DNA of 63,982 bases, counting the filler, from Octopus bimaculoides (lineage: Eukaryota), in assembly GCF_001194135.2 (NCBI RefSeq). It is 6 parts of 6 records of this genome, joined end to end, with 100 filler letters (N's around TTAATTAATTAA, not from the genome) between each part and the next. Parts side by side here need not be neighbours in the genome. Positions count along the whole stretch, not along the records: positions 40,539 to 55,887 come from NC_068996.1; 5 more parts are not named here. One strand, written 5' to 3'. Shown piece by piece: positions 40,439 through 53,381 of the stretch (position 1 is its first letter; every line of letters begins with the position of its first letter). A model generated the notes under the pieces. The model was not told the DNA's origin and made no database searches. It worked only from the letters and a program-made list of their open reading frames with translations. The position numbers and the translations under genes are program-made.

Positions 40439-41467
40439 NNNNNNNNNNNNNNNNNNNNNNNNNNNNNNNNNNNNNNNNNNNNTTAATTAATTAANNNNNN
40501 NNNNNNNNNNNNNNNNNNNNNNNNNNNNNNNNNNNNNNTATATATATACATACATATATATATAAAACCACGTGTGTATATAAACAAACTTACATTTGTT
40601 TTACATAAATGTAAATATATAAGTATATACACACATAAATACATACATGCATATATATATATATATATGTGTGTATGTATACCACTAGCTTCAACGCAGT
40701 TTTCTATCAGTCAAATTCATTCACAAAGTATGGGTCAGCCCGGAGCTACTTTTGAAAATACTTGTGGAAGGGTGCCGCACACTAGAACAGAACTCAAAAC
40801 CACAAAGTTCAAAAGCGAACTTATTAACCCCACTGCCATGTACGTACGTATGTACGTATGTATGTATGTATGTATGTATGTATGTATGTATGTATGTATG
40901 TATGTATGTATGTGTGTATGTGTGTATGCATGTATATATGTATGTATGTATGTATGTATGTGTATGTGTGTTTGTGTATGTATATATANNNNNNNNNNNN
41001 NNNNNNNNNNNNNNNNNNNNNNNNNNNNNNNNNNNNNNNNNNNNNNNNNNNNNNNNNNNNNNNNNNNNNNNNNNNNNNNNNNNNNNNNNNNNNNNNNNNN
41101 NNNNNNNNNNNNNNNNNNNNNNNNNNNNNNNNNNNNNNNNNNNNNNNNNNNNNNNNNNNNNNNNNNNNNNNNNNNNNNNNNNNNNNNNNNNNNNNNNNNN
41201 NNNNNNNNNNNNNNNNNNNNNNNNNNNNNNNNNNNNNNNNNNNNNNNNNNNNNNNNNNNNNNNNNNNNNNNNNNNNNNNNNNNNNNNNNNNNNNNNNNNN
41301 NNNNNNNNNNNNNNNNNNNNNNNNNNNNNNNNNNNNNNNNNNNNNNNNNNNNNNNNNNNNNNNNNNNNNNNNNNNNNNNNNNNNNNNNNNNNNNNNNNNN
41401 NNNNNNNNNNNNNNNNNNNNNNNNNNNNNNNNNNNNNNNNNNNNNNNNNNNNNNNNNNNNNNNNNNN

Positions 41468-41511
<44 letters not shown>

Positions 41512-41901
41512 GAGAGAGAGAGAGAGAGAGAGAGAGAAAGTAGCGCGCGCACGCACACACACATACACCCTCATGCTTTGAATTGAATAAAAGAAATACA
41601 ACTGACTCAAACAGTGCCGATATGCATTAGCAAAGACATATGTTCTGTGTTTCTCTTGTAACACGTCTTAATTAACATTGTTGTACACCTCCATATGCGA
41701 GATAAGAATACATGACACTTTGAGCCGAATAATTACACACGATTCACCCGATTCGTGAACGATGAAGACTATTAAGTGCTATATATATATATATATAAGG
41801 TATGTATATATATAACCAAGTGATATATAATAAAATATACACATAATAATGTATAATATGCGTAGAAATAATAAAAAAACAAGAACATTCAGTGAACGCA
41901 A

Positions 41902-42250
41902 ACCTCCGCCAAGGCAACACCAACGTCCTCTCAACGATTAGCCAGAGATGATTTTTAAAATGAGAATATCTGAGATAAATTTGACTGCTCTCACAAACGA
42001 GAATACTAAAAATGAACCCAACCGCACTCAAAAATTAAGTAAAAAAAACAGGAAAAATAATCCAGAATCCTTGAACGGTATCGGATCGATCCCAAAATCT
42101 AATTAGTTCGTGCCAGTCATGTGGCCAAACATCCCTAAAAGTTTCATTCGACTCCGTGCAGCGGTTCTTGAGATATCTTGTCCGTGGACAATCAAACAAA
42201 CAAACACGACTGAAAACAATACCTCCTCCTTCGCTAAGGCAGAGGTAATA
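41902..42250. mobile_element. Helentron-associated (HINE/DINE-1-like) non-autonomous element
   Basis: Subterminal ACCTCCGCC at 41902; terminal hairpin ACCTCCTCCTT-cgct-AAGGCAGAGGT (42221-42246); internal (CAAA)n. This is the known architecture of the class. Confidence 0.65.
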
Positions 42251-42579
42251 ATAAAGAAGAATAGAATAAAATGCTGTATATACTTAGATATCTGGTGGAC
42301 TCTTTAGTTGTAAACGACACATGAAGTTTTCGCAATTTCTAGCTGAACAGATTTGTTTATAGTGATCAAATGTATGTGTTGTTCATTAGCTCACACCTTC
42401 CATTAAATCTACATTGTTTGTACAGGTGCACACAGGTGTACCACATGTCAGATGTCAAAATGAAGTGATTTGTTTTGCAACACAACGCACCACCGAATAT
42501 GGAAATCGAAAGCACGATCTTGCAATTACGAGTGAGGCGCTCAAATCACAAGGTCACATGCTCTCAGTATGTATGTACG

Positions 42580-42613
<34 letters not shown>

Positions 42614-42712
42614 TGTATGTATGTATGTATGTATGCATGCATGCATACTTTGATCGGCCCGAGGATATACTAGAAGACACTTGCCCAAGTTGCTGTTGCC
42701 AGGCAGTTGAAC

Positions 42713-42743
<31 letters not shown>

Positions 42744-43767
42744 TGTATTTATGCATGTATGTATGTATGTATGTATGTATGTATGTATGTATGTATGCAT
42801 GTATAAATATACGTAGATACATGTTTATGTGTGTATACATATGTATATATTACATACATATATGTTTGTATCTCTCTCTCCCCCTTTCTTCTTTACTCTC
42901 TCTCTCCCTCTCGTTGCTCACACGTGACCATCGTCCATCTTTCTTTTTTTTTCAGTCTGTCAAACAAACCAAACGCATAATGTAAATAATGCACAGACAC
43001 ATTCTTATCTGTCTCCTCTTCTATCTTTTTTCTTGTCAGACAATATTCCTCCAGCGTTCGCTACCTTACCTCGTCTGGCCCAACGGCCCTCCATGCTTGT
43101 TTTCGTTTGGTTTGTTGTATGTATCCACTGTACTGTTTTTTTTTTGTTTTTTTTTTACCAATTTTGACCCTCTGCAAATCCCAAATTTTATCTTGGTTCG
43201 CGGGAGCAANNNNNNNNNNNNNNNNNNNNNNNNNNNNNNNNNNNNNNNNNNNNNNNNNNNNNNNNNNNNNNNNNNNNNNNNNNNNNNNNNNNNNNNNNNN
43301 NNNNNNNNNNNNNNNNNNNNNNNNNNNNNNNNNNNNNNNNNNNNNNNNNNNNNNNNNNNNNNNNNNNNNNNNNNNNNNNNNNNNNNNNNNNNNNNNNNNN
43401 NNNNNNNNNNNNNNNNNNNNNNNNNNNNNNNNNNNNNNNNNNNNNNNNNNNNNNNNNNNNNNNNNNNNNNNNNNNNNNNNNNNNNNNNNNNNNNNNNNNN
43501 NNNNNNNNNNNNNNNNNNNNNNNNNNNNNNNNNNNNNNNNNNNNNNNNNNNNNNNNNNNNNNNNNNNNNNNNNNNNNNNNNNNNNNNNNNNNNNNNNNNN
43601 NNNNNNNNNNNNNNNNNNNNNNNNNNNNNNNNNNNNNNNNNNNNNNNNNNNNNNNNNNNNTATATATATTATTTATATTATTATATGATAGAACACCACG
43701 CTTCCATTTCCAAGTATATATATATATACATATATACGGAGAATTCACAAAAAAAAAAGAAAAAAAA

Positions 43768-43950
43768 AGACGAAGACAGGTGGTGTAGAAAATAAATAGA
43801 TGTATTAGTATAACGCTCGGGAATTGAAAATGTCTTTAACGTTTCGAGCTTACGCTCTTCCACAGAAAGGAACACAGAAAGAAACAAGGAGAGAAAAAAA
43901 AGTGTGTAGTGGCTAGCGATCTATCATGGCGAATGATAGATCGCTAGCAC
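43768..43950 (-). mobile_element. Short repeat with a degenerate minimal hammerhead-like motif and a terminal perfect hairpin; possible PLE pLTR fragment
   Basis: Minus strand cttt-CTG(tgg)AAGA-GcgtaagCTC-GAAACGTT-aaag (43834-43869). 16-bp perfect stem at 43912-43948. Confidence 0.4.
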
Positions 43951-46504
43951 TGTAACGAAAATTTTGAAGGAATTTGGGGCTACTTTTAGTAGGATAAGTG
44001 ACCTTGTTGGCTCAGTGTTTCGAGCATTAGTCATCTTGGCTAATATTGTATCACTCCAATCTATTCTACTGAAAACAAGGACTGAAATCAGCATGGCAAG
44101 CCAACACTGCGATGCTCAGAAAAATGAACAAACCAACAGAAGGGCCTCGACATTGTCGTTAGATCAGCTCGAAATAGCAGCCAAATCCTCCTGGGATCAC
44201 ACTCAGCTCCTTAATAAAAGAAAGGGTTCATTACATATCTCTAGAAAGACGAAAGTATCATGGCTGAAAATGGGTTTACTCAATCGGGTTGACTTGGAGG
44301 CAAACAGTTACACCGCTAACAACAACAACAATAGCACATATTGGTTCCAAATTTTGGCACAAAGCCTGAAATTTTAGGGGAGTGGACTAGTCAATTAATT
44401 CGACCCCAGTGTTTCACTGGTACTTATTTTATCGACTCCGAAAGGATGAAAGTCAAAGTCGACCTCGGCCGAATTTGAACTCAAGACAATGACGGACGGC
44501 ATCATAATGATAAGCATTTCCCCCAGGGTAATAACAACACATATTGCAATTATAAGCTGTAGCTTAGTGGAAGAACGAATCGTTAGAAATAGCAGTTAAA
44601 TCTCCCTCAAAACTCAACCAGTCGTCTTAGAAAGTTTCATAAAAACGAAAAACGTTCGCAGCTGTCTCTATGCTGCCACATCAAAAGTCACACTCCATTG
44701 TATTACATTCATTCAACACTTAATTAATTAAGATGTCGAGTATGGCTTTCTTGAGAATAACTGATCATTAAGCTAAGGATTAATTCTTTACCTCCACCAC
44801 AGGTGTTATTTTAATTAATTAAAATATCTTGGCTCATTACGCCAAGTATGTTAACACCGGCCTAACTATTTTACACTTTAGTCTTGCTAGGAAGATTGTT
44901 TTGGGCTAAATTCCAAGTTAAAATGAATGGGAATTTATGATGAGGTACTGAAATACCAGGATTGCGATTCTTCTTGGAAACTTCCACAAACAAAATATAA
45001 ACGTCTTTCCCTTTTTTTTTTTTTTACCTTTTCGTTTCTTTTCTTTCCTTTTCTGATTTTCTGATTGAGTCATAAAAATCTTGCTTCAATTCAGAACAAT
45101 ATAGTAATGACATAGTTATTTGCGAAACCATTTAAAAATAATTTATTATGAGAAAAATTGAATAAAATACCACATAACGTGTGTGTATGTGTGCGAGTGC
45201 GTGTGTGTGTGTTCATCTTTTTTATTTTTTATGCTTTTTTGTTTCACTCATTAGACTACGGCCATACTGGGGCACCGCCTTGAGGAATTTTAGTTGAACG
45301 AATTAACCCCAGTAGTCACACACACACGCACACACACACACACGCACACACACACACACGCACACACACACGCACACACACGCACACACACACACATTAT
45401 GTGCATATATATATATATATATTCTTTTACTTGTTTTAGTCATTTGACTACGGTCAAGCTGGAGCATCACATTAAGGGGGTTTTAGTGGAACAAATCGAC
45501 CCAAGGGCTTTTCTTTGTAAGCCTAGTACTTATTTTATCGGTAATTTTTGCCGAACCGCCAGTTTACCGGGATGTAAACACACCAGAATCGGTTATCAAG
45601 CGATGATGGGGGACAAACACAGACACAAACACACAAATATGTATATATACACATATATAAAGCGGATGTACACAAAGTACGATCATTGCTAGAAATAGCA
45701 GCCGGTAAGCTATCGGCGCTGTGTAGAGCTTCACTGGATGTTTACTGGTAGAGATGTTTGCGGGCGGTGAATGTTAGAAAATTCTGTCTTATCTCTGCAG
45801 AGATCGTTAGAGGATTAAAGGATAATTCAATACTGCAATTTCAGAATTTTCCTGTGCGTCTAGTTAAGTAGAAACTAAAACTCATACCTAACTAGATTCA
45901 CACATTAATTATAATGATGCTTGTGTTTCTTATAATTATAAATATGAACATCTGAAATCATTCTCGGCTATTTCTTGTACCAAGTCCTTTGTAATAATTT
46001 TTTGTTTATACTTCTTGCACTGAAGAGAACAGTGATATATAATTAATTATATTAAATTAAATTAATTTGATTATTTCTATCAACCATGAATTTGCATGAT
46101 TTTAATATCGCTGTTTGAAACGATCGTATGCATGAATTAAAATTCTCTTAAATTTTAACACCTCTTCTCCATTTTTAACCAGTTTGTTGAGTTTTATGGG
46201 ATTCCTTTCCATAAATTCACATAACACACAAGTATATATATATATATACGACAGGCTTCTTTCAGTTTCGGTCCGCCAAATCCACTCACAAGGCTTTGGT
46301 CGGCCCGAGGCTATAGTAGAACACACTTGCCCAAGGTGCCACTCAGTGGGACTGAACCCGGAACCACTTGGTTGGGAAGCAATCTTCTTTACTTTTGCTT
46401 TATTTGCCGAATTCTTCATTTTCACAACTTTTCTATTTCTTCTCGGGTATCTATTATCACTCTTCTGTTCTTTTATTCTATCCATTTTCTTAATTCATAT
46501 TTTC

Positions 46505-46555
46505 CTTCCTTCCTTCCTTACTTACTTACTTCCTTTCTTTTCTTCTTTCTTTATT

Positions 46556-46592
<37 letters not shown>

Positions 46593-46648
46593 ATTTCTTT
46601 CTTTCTTTCTTCCTTTCTTCCTTCCTTCCTTCCTTCCTTCCTTCCTTC

Positions 46649-46681
<33 letters not shown>

Positions 46682-46711
46682 TTCCTTCCTTTCTTTCTTC
46701 CTTTCTTTCAC

Positions 46712-46783
<72 letters not shown>

Positions 46784-46810
46784 TATTTCTTTCTTTCTTT
46801 CCTTCTTTTT

Positions 46811-46857
<47 letters not shown>

Positions 46858-47108
46858 ACTTTTGACTTCTTCTGTTTTTACTTTTTTCCTTTCTCTTTTT
46901 CTCTCTCATTTCCATAAACTTTTGCAATACCTGAACAGTCTTTCTCTTTCTTTTCTCATCCTTTGTAATCCACCCCTGCCACCATTTCTTTTACGTCACC
47001 GAATCATCATCCATCATCACTATTACCTTCATCATGCCAGCATCATACCACCAACTACCACCACCACCACAACCACTACCATCACTACCATTGTCGTTAT
47101 CATCATCG

Positions 47109-47151
<43 letters not shown>

Positions 47152-47690
47152 GATAATAACTATCTTCATACTCGTCTACTCCATCAACGTCGTCGTCGTT
47201 GTCATCACTGTCATCGTCGTCGCCGCTACCGTCATCGCCTCCACCGTCGTCGTTCCTGCCGTCATCGTAGTCGTCGTCATCGTCTTNNNNNNNNNNNNNN
47301 NNNNNNNNNNNNNNNNNNNNNNNNNNNNNNNNNNNNNNNNNNNNNNNNNNNNNNNNNNNNNNNNNNNNNNGTCGTCGTCGTCGTCATCGCCGCCGCTGTC
47401 ATCGTTGTCGTCCCGTAGTCGTCATGGTTGTGGCCGTTGTCGTCGTCGTCGTCGTCGTCATCATCATGGCCGTCTTCGTCGTCGTCATCGTCATCGCCGC
47501 CCTTGTCATCGTTGTCGTCGTGGTCGTCATCGTCGTGGCCGTTGTGGTGGTGGTGGTGGTGGTGGTCGTCGTCGTCGTCATCGCCGCCGCTGTCATCGTT
47601 GTCGTCCCGTAGTCGTCATGGTTGTGGCCGTTGTCGTCGTCATTGTCGTCATCGTCGTCGCCGTCCTCCCCGTAGACATCGTCACCCGCT
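46505..47690. repeat. (TTTC/TTCC)n array followed by ATC and GTC trinucleotide arrays
   Basis: Read directly from sequence. Source of the 548-aa pseudo-ORF. Confidence 0.95.
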
Positions 47691-48463
47691 GTCGTCTTAT
47701 GCCTGACATCCAACCAGGCTGTATTTTGTACATGATTCCGCAACAAAAATCTAGGCTTTCCCAGTTCATTGGTTTCAGTTGCGTTCCTTACACACAACCT
47801 CTTCACCTCAAAGCGATAAAGCGAATTTAGATAACGATTCATTTATTTATTCATTTATTCATTTATTTACGTTTATATTTTAACTATCTGCTCTCATTTT
47901 TAAACTTCTTACTTTTTTTTTTTGGCAATGAGGTGTCCTATATGTCTTCGTTCATTAGACTTGCTAGAAATAATAGCTAACTCCCCGTCAAATGACTACC
48001 TATCATTTGTAAGAACAAACAAACAAACAAAAGAAAAGAGGAACGGAAGGAGGAAAGACACATTCCGATAATGTAGCCCTAGATAAAAAAAATGTCTGAA
48101 TGGAAGTGGGACTGCCATGGATGGAATGTTATTCAGGGCTGATTAACGGCTACGAATTTAAGCCAAAATAATTCCAGAGAAGAACAGAGGGAAGGAATGA
48201 TAAACATAAAGGAACATAGGCGGTGTTACAAGATTGATGTATGAAAGATATCAAATTCTTTCTTATATTTTTACTTGCTGGATTTGGTTTTAGCTACTAT
48301 CAAAACAAACAAAACAAAAAATAAGAAAAAAAAAAATTAATTTTCGATTTACTTTTCCGTTTATTTTTCTTATTCTGTCCTTCTCTGGCTACTTATCTGT
48401 TTCACTACGTATCTACAAATCTACTTAGCTATATATATATGTTACTATGAAGCATTGTGTAGA

Positions 48464-48744
48464 ATATATTGTATAAAGGATCGTGGGTAAGGCCAAAGCA
48501 ATGCGAAGTAAATAAATGCAAGGTAAATCACAAGAAAACAAATATGTGTATTAATGTAGACTTACCTTGTATTCAATATTTCGGGCCACAACATTCGCTT
48601 ATTTTTTTGAAAATGGGTTTATAACCCCGAAATATTGAATACAAAGCAAGTCTACATTAATTCACATATTTGTTTTCTTGTGATTTACCTTGCATTTACT
48701 TCACATTGTTTTGGCCTTACCCACGATCTTTTATACAGTATATA
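48464..48744. mobile_element. Fold-back MITE-like element: ~120-bp arms, ~40-bp spacer, TA-rich ends
   Basis: 48464-48585 is about 90% identical by eye to the reverse complement of 48626-48744. Confidence 0.85.
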
Positions 48745-49120
48745 NNNNNNNNNNNNNNNNNNNNNNNNNNNNNNNNNNNNNNNNNNNNNNNNNNNNNNNN
48801 NNNNNNNNNNNNNNNGCCTCTGACCGACCAAAGCCTTGTGAGTGGATTTGGTAGACGGAAACTGAAAGAAGCTCATCGTATATATTTATGTATATGTATG
48901 TATTTGTATGTCTGTGTTTGTCGCTCCACCATCACTTGACAACCGATGTTGGTGTGTTTACATCCCCATATCTAGCGGTTCGGCAAAAGAACCGATAGAG
49001 TAAGTACTAGGCTTGCAAAAAAATGAGTCCTGGGGCCGATTTGTTGGACTAAAAGCGGTGCTCCAGCATGGCCGCGGTCAAATGACTGAAACAAGTAAGA
49101 AAATGAAAGAATAAAAGAAC

Positions 49121-49160
<40 letters not shown>

Positions 49161-50328
49161 CTGTTTATCTATCTATCTATCTATATATCTATACACACGC
49201 ATACACACACATATTAGCGATAGAAGCAGTATTAATTCGTGGAAGTTCTGTCGTTAGAACAAATTATACTGCGATATACTGCATGAGAGAAACTCTCATA
49301 TAGGCCATCTGTGCAAAACGCACTCTTGTTTTATATCGTTAGAATAACGCAAAACAGGATTAACTCTGTGAACTAACAAACCGAATAACTAAATAAATAA
49401 TTCTTTCTATTTTCTACAATTGGTTTTTCTACTATAGGCCTGAAATAGGGGCTAAGTCGATTACACGGCCCCAGTACTTGGCTGCTACTTATTTAATCTA
49501 CACCGAAACGATGAAAGGCAAAGTCGACATCGGCGGAATTTGAACCTAGAACGTGGAGACAGACGACATACCGCTAAGCACTCCGCCCGGCATGCTAACG
49601 ATTCTACCAGCTCACCGTCTTAAATAACTAAATAAATAACATAATTAAGATTATAATGAAGTGTACTATTTGAAGTACGGTGTATCTTATTGTATATATG
49701 TCAGGCTTGACCCAACGAATGCGCGCCGATTCGATGTGTATGTATGTGTGTGTGTGTGTGTGTGCGTGTGTTTGTGCGCGTGTGTGTGTGTGTGTGTGTA
49801 TGTGTGTGTGTGTGTGTGTGTAAGAGAAATTAGATAAGAAAAATATCTCAGAGCGCTAATGNNNNNNNNNNNNNNNNNNNNNNNNNNNNNNNNNNNNNNN
49901 NNNNNNNNNNNNNNNNNNNNNNNNNNNNNNNNNNNNNNNNNNNNNNNNNNNNNNNNNNNNNNNNNNNNNNNNNNNNNNNNNNNNNNNNNNNNNNNNNNNN
50001 NNNNNNNNNNNNNNNNNNNNNNNNNNNNNNNNNNNNNNNNNNNNNNNNNNNNNNNNNNNNNNNNNNNNNNNNNNNNNNNNNNNNNNNNNNNNNNNNNNNN
50101 NNNNNNNNNNNNNNNNNNNNNNNNNNNNNNNNNNNNNNNNNNNNNNNNNNNNNNNNNNNNNNNNNNNNNNNNNNNNNNNNNNNNNNNNNNNNNNNNNNNN
50201 NNNNNNNNNNNNNNNNNNNNNNNNNNNNNNNNNNNNNNNNNNNNNNNNNNNNNNNNNNNNNNNNNNNNNNNNNNNNNNNNNNNNNNNNNNNNNNNNNNNN
50301 NNNNNNNNNNNNNNNNNNNNNNNNNNNC

Positions 50329-50615
50329 CACAGACACCTGTACCCTTAACGTAGTTCTCGGAGATATTCAGTGTGACACAGTGTGACAAGGCTGACCCTT
50401 TGAATTACAGGCACAACAGAAACAGGAAGTAAGAGTGAGAGAAAGTTGTGGTGGAAGAGTACAGCAGGGTTCGCCACCATCCCCTGCCGGAGCCTCGTGA
50501 AGCTTTTAGGTGTTTTCGCTCAATAAACACTCACAACGCCCGGTCTGGGAATCGAAACCGCGATCCTATGACCGTGAGTCCGCTGCCCTAACCACTGGGC
50601 CATTGCGCCTCCACG
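50329..50615 (-). mobile_element. SINE family B (3' part in gap)
   Basis: Near-identical to 32600-32894. Confidence 0.9.
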
Positions 50616-50991
50616 CCTCTATGGATATAATACAGTCCAAATACGTGATTTATTGAAAGTAACTTCTCTTCGAGAGGAGATAAATAAGCACAATGCATAC
50701 ACGCACACATACACGTATCACGAAATCAGTTATTGATACTTGAAATGTATTTAAAACGTACGTTTCGAGTGGTTAAGTAACAAGCTGTTACGTAAACATT
50801 TGAAACTACTTATTAAATGTATTCGAAATATCAGTAATTGATTTTATGATAGTTCTATTGATATACAACTTATGTTAATTACAATTTAGCCTATCTTTGA
50901 TTTGCTGATGAGGATATTGTAGTGAGAAGCTTATCTAGATACTGAGATAAAAAGGTTTTGGCAAAGTGTACTGCGTCGAGGCATACTAATG

Positions 50992-51045
<54 letters not shown>

Positions 51046-51551
51046 NNNNNNNNNNNNNNNNNNNNNNNNNNNNNNNNNNNNNNNNNNNNNNNNNNNNNNN
51101 NNNNNNNNNNNNNNNNNNNNNNNNNNNNNNNNNNNNNNNNNNNNNNNNNNNNNNNNNNNNNNNNNNNNNNNNNNNNNNNNNNNNNNNNNNNNNNNNNNNN
51201 NNNNNNNNNNNNNNNNNNNNNNNNNNNNNNNNNNNNNNNNNNNNNNNNNNNNNNNNNNNNNNNNNNNNNNNNNNNNNNNNNNNNNNNNNNNNNNNNNNNN
51301 NNNNNNNNNNNNNNNNNNNNNNNNNNNNNNNNNNNNNNNNNNNNNNNNNNNNNNNNNNNNNNNNNNNNNNNNNNNNNNNNNNNNNNNNNNNNNNNNNNNN
51401 NNNNNNNNNNNNNNNNNNNNNNNNNNNNNNNNNNNNNNNNNNNNNNNNNNNNNNNNNNNNNNNNNNNNNNNNNNNNNNNNNNNNNNNNNNNNNNNNNNNN
51501 NNNNNNNNNNNNNNNNNNNNNNNNTCTCACACACACATATGCACACTCATG

Positions 51552-51582
<31 letters not shown>

Positions 51583-51850
51583 TTATAAAGCGAACTGGCA
51601 CGGAAATTACACGGAAAGTACATGTATTAAAAGAAATAATCATATTACTATATATGCTTTTTTACCCGGACACGAATCCATGTTTCTAACTGGCATATCT
51701 ATATGTAATTATACATTCATATATCTCTCTTATCAGTAAGTGATAGATAGAATAATATTGAAGTGGGACTGGTTTTGGCATGCTCCGATATAATGACAAA
51801 TTTTCTTAATCGGCATCAACAGTAGAAAATTCAGTAAAATATCTCAAATA

Positions 51851-53381
51851 TGAGGTTCATTCCAGAAGATATGAAACTCGTTTAGGAGAAGCAGTTATAA
51901 CTTACTTAGATTATTGTAATTTTAATATATCATTCCTATACAACTAATAAACTGGCCTGCCAGATTTTGTTATTCCAGATCGAAGGAGGTGGCTGTGAGA
52001 GTACTTTAAACACACCCAGCTAAACACTACTTGTCACAGCTGACTAGTTTGCAGAATGCCGTCGGAACGTTTGCAAGCTCGGTATGCAAAACGGTTTTGT
52101 CTTAAACTGGGCAAAAACGCCACAAGAAAAATCTCCAGGCTGCTTATGGATTAACTTGCATCAACCGAACAAATGTATTTCCCTGGTAAAAGACGTTCAA
52201 GGATGGTATAGAGTAAGTGAAAGACAATGAGTGGTGTGGAAGGGAGAGGAATGTAAGAACATCAGAACTGGTTCAGAAAATTCGTAATTTTCTAGATTAA
52301 GATCGTCGTATGTCTATGAAGACAATAAACATACAGTTAGGAGTTGGTATTGGCAATTGCACACAGAATTGAAGGCGCATGGCTCAGTGGTTAGAGCGTC
52401 GGGCTCACAGTCATGAGTTAGTGAGTTCCGTTCTCAAACCGGGCTGCGTGTTGTGTTCTTGAGCAAGACACTTTATTTCACGTTGCTCCAGTTCACCCAG
52501 TTGTAGAAATGAGTTGTGACGTCACTGGTGCCAAGCTGTATCGGCCTCTTTGCCTTTTCCTTGGAATAACATCAGTGGTGTGGAGAGGGGGAGGCTGGGT
52601 ATGCATGAACGACTGTTGATTTTCCAGAAATCAGCTTGCGCATGAACAATTCTTTGAACAGATTAAAGATCCCTTTCTGTCATGAATGACCATGGGGTCG
52701 CACCTTGAAAGTTAGCCTCTGATGCACAAGTCCGGGCAAGGTGGTTTCTGGAAAACCAGCGGTCGCCCATGCATACCAGCCTCACGTCTCCATACCACTG
52801 ATGTTATCCAAGGGAAAGGCAAAGGGGCCGATACAGCTTGGCACCAGTGACGTCAAAACCCATTTCTACAGCTGAATGAACTGGAGCAACGTGAAATAAA
52901 GTGTCTGGCTTAAGAACACACACGCAGCCCGGTTTGAGAACGGAACTCACTAACGCATGATTGTGAACCCGACGGTCTAACCACTGAGCCACGCGCCTTC
53001 AATTCTGGGTACTATTGGTGCGAATTTATTCCCAGGGTGTTCAGTGACGAACATCTTGGTAACCAGCTATTTGATAGAGATTGGCATCAAAACATTCACA
53101 CTCCCTATGATTCAGACCTTGCTTCTAGTAACTTATGCTTGTTCCCTAAGCTGAAGGAGAACCTCAGTAGCGGGTGTTTTGAAGATGGAAGACGCTGTGA
53201 CAAGGGACTAGGACAACTTCACTTTGATGGACTTCCATACGGCCTCCACAAACTAGCTTGAACGCTAAAAATATATTGAAGTCAGAGGGTCCTACTCTGA
53301 AGAAGATTAGTGTTTTGTATTTCTTTGAAATTGATAAATGACTCTTCTAAAAATGTCTGAAAACTTATCGAATTCACCTCA
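51851..53381 (+). mobile_element. Decayed mariner (Tc1/mariner) transposon interrupted by a fold-back SINE duplication
   Basis: N-terminus RYAKRFCLKLGKNAT..KTFKDG..DRRMS; C-terminus PYDSDLASSNLCLFPKLKENL (degenerate YSPDLAP motif) ..IEVRGSY. Degenerate TIRs begin TA|TGAGG and end CCTCA|TG. Confidence 0.8.
52364..53007. repeat. ~265-bp inverted repeat made of two B2 SINE copies (52364-52630 / 52745-53007)
   Basis: Arms are about 90% identical by manual alignment. Confidence 0.92.

Noticed and set aside
38148-40486. Poly-Ile/Met/Thr ORFs resembling membrane or mucin proteins
   Set aside because: Stop-free frames of ATC/ACC repeats, open on both strands, with no domain or splice support.
46184-47830. 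548-aa ORF
   Set aside because: It is a SINE-A remnant plus TTTC, ATC and GTC repeats plus a gap.
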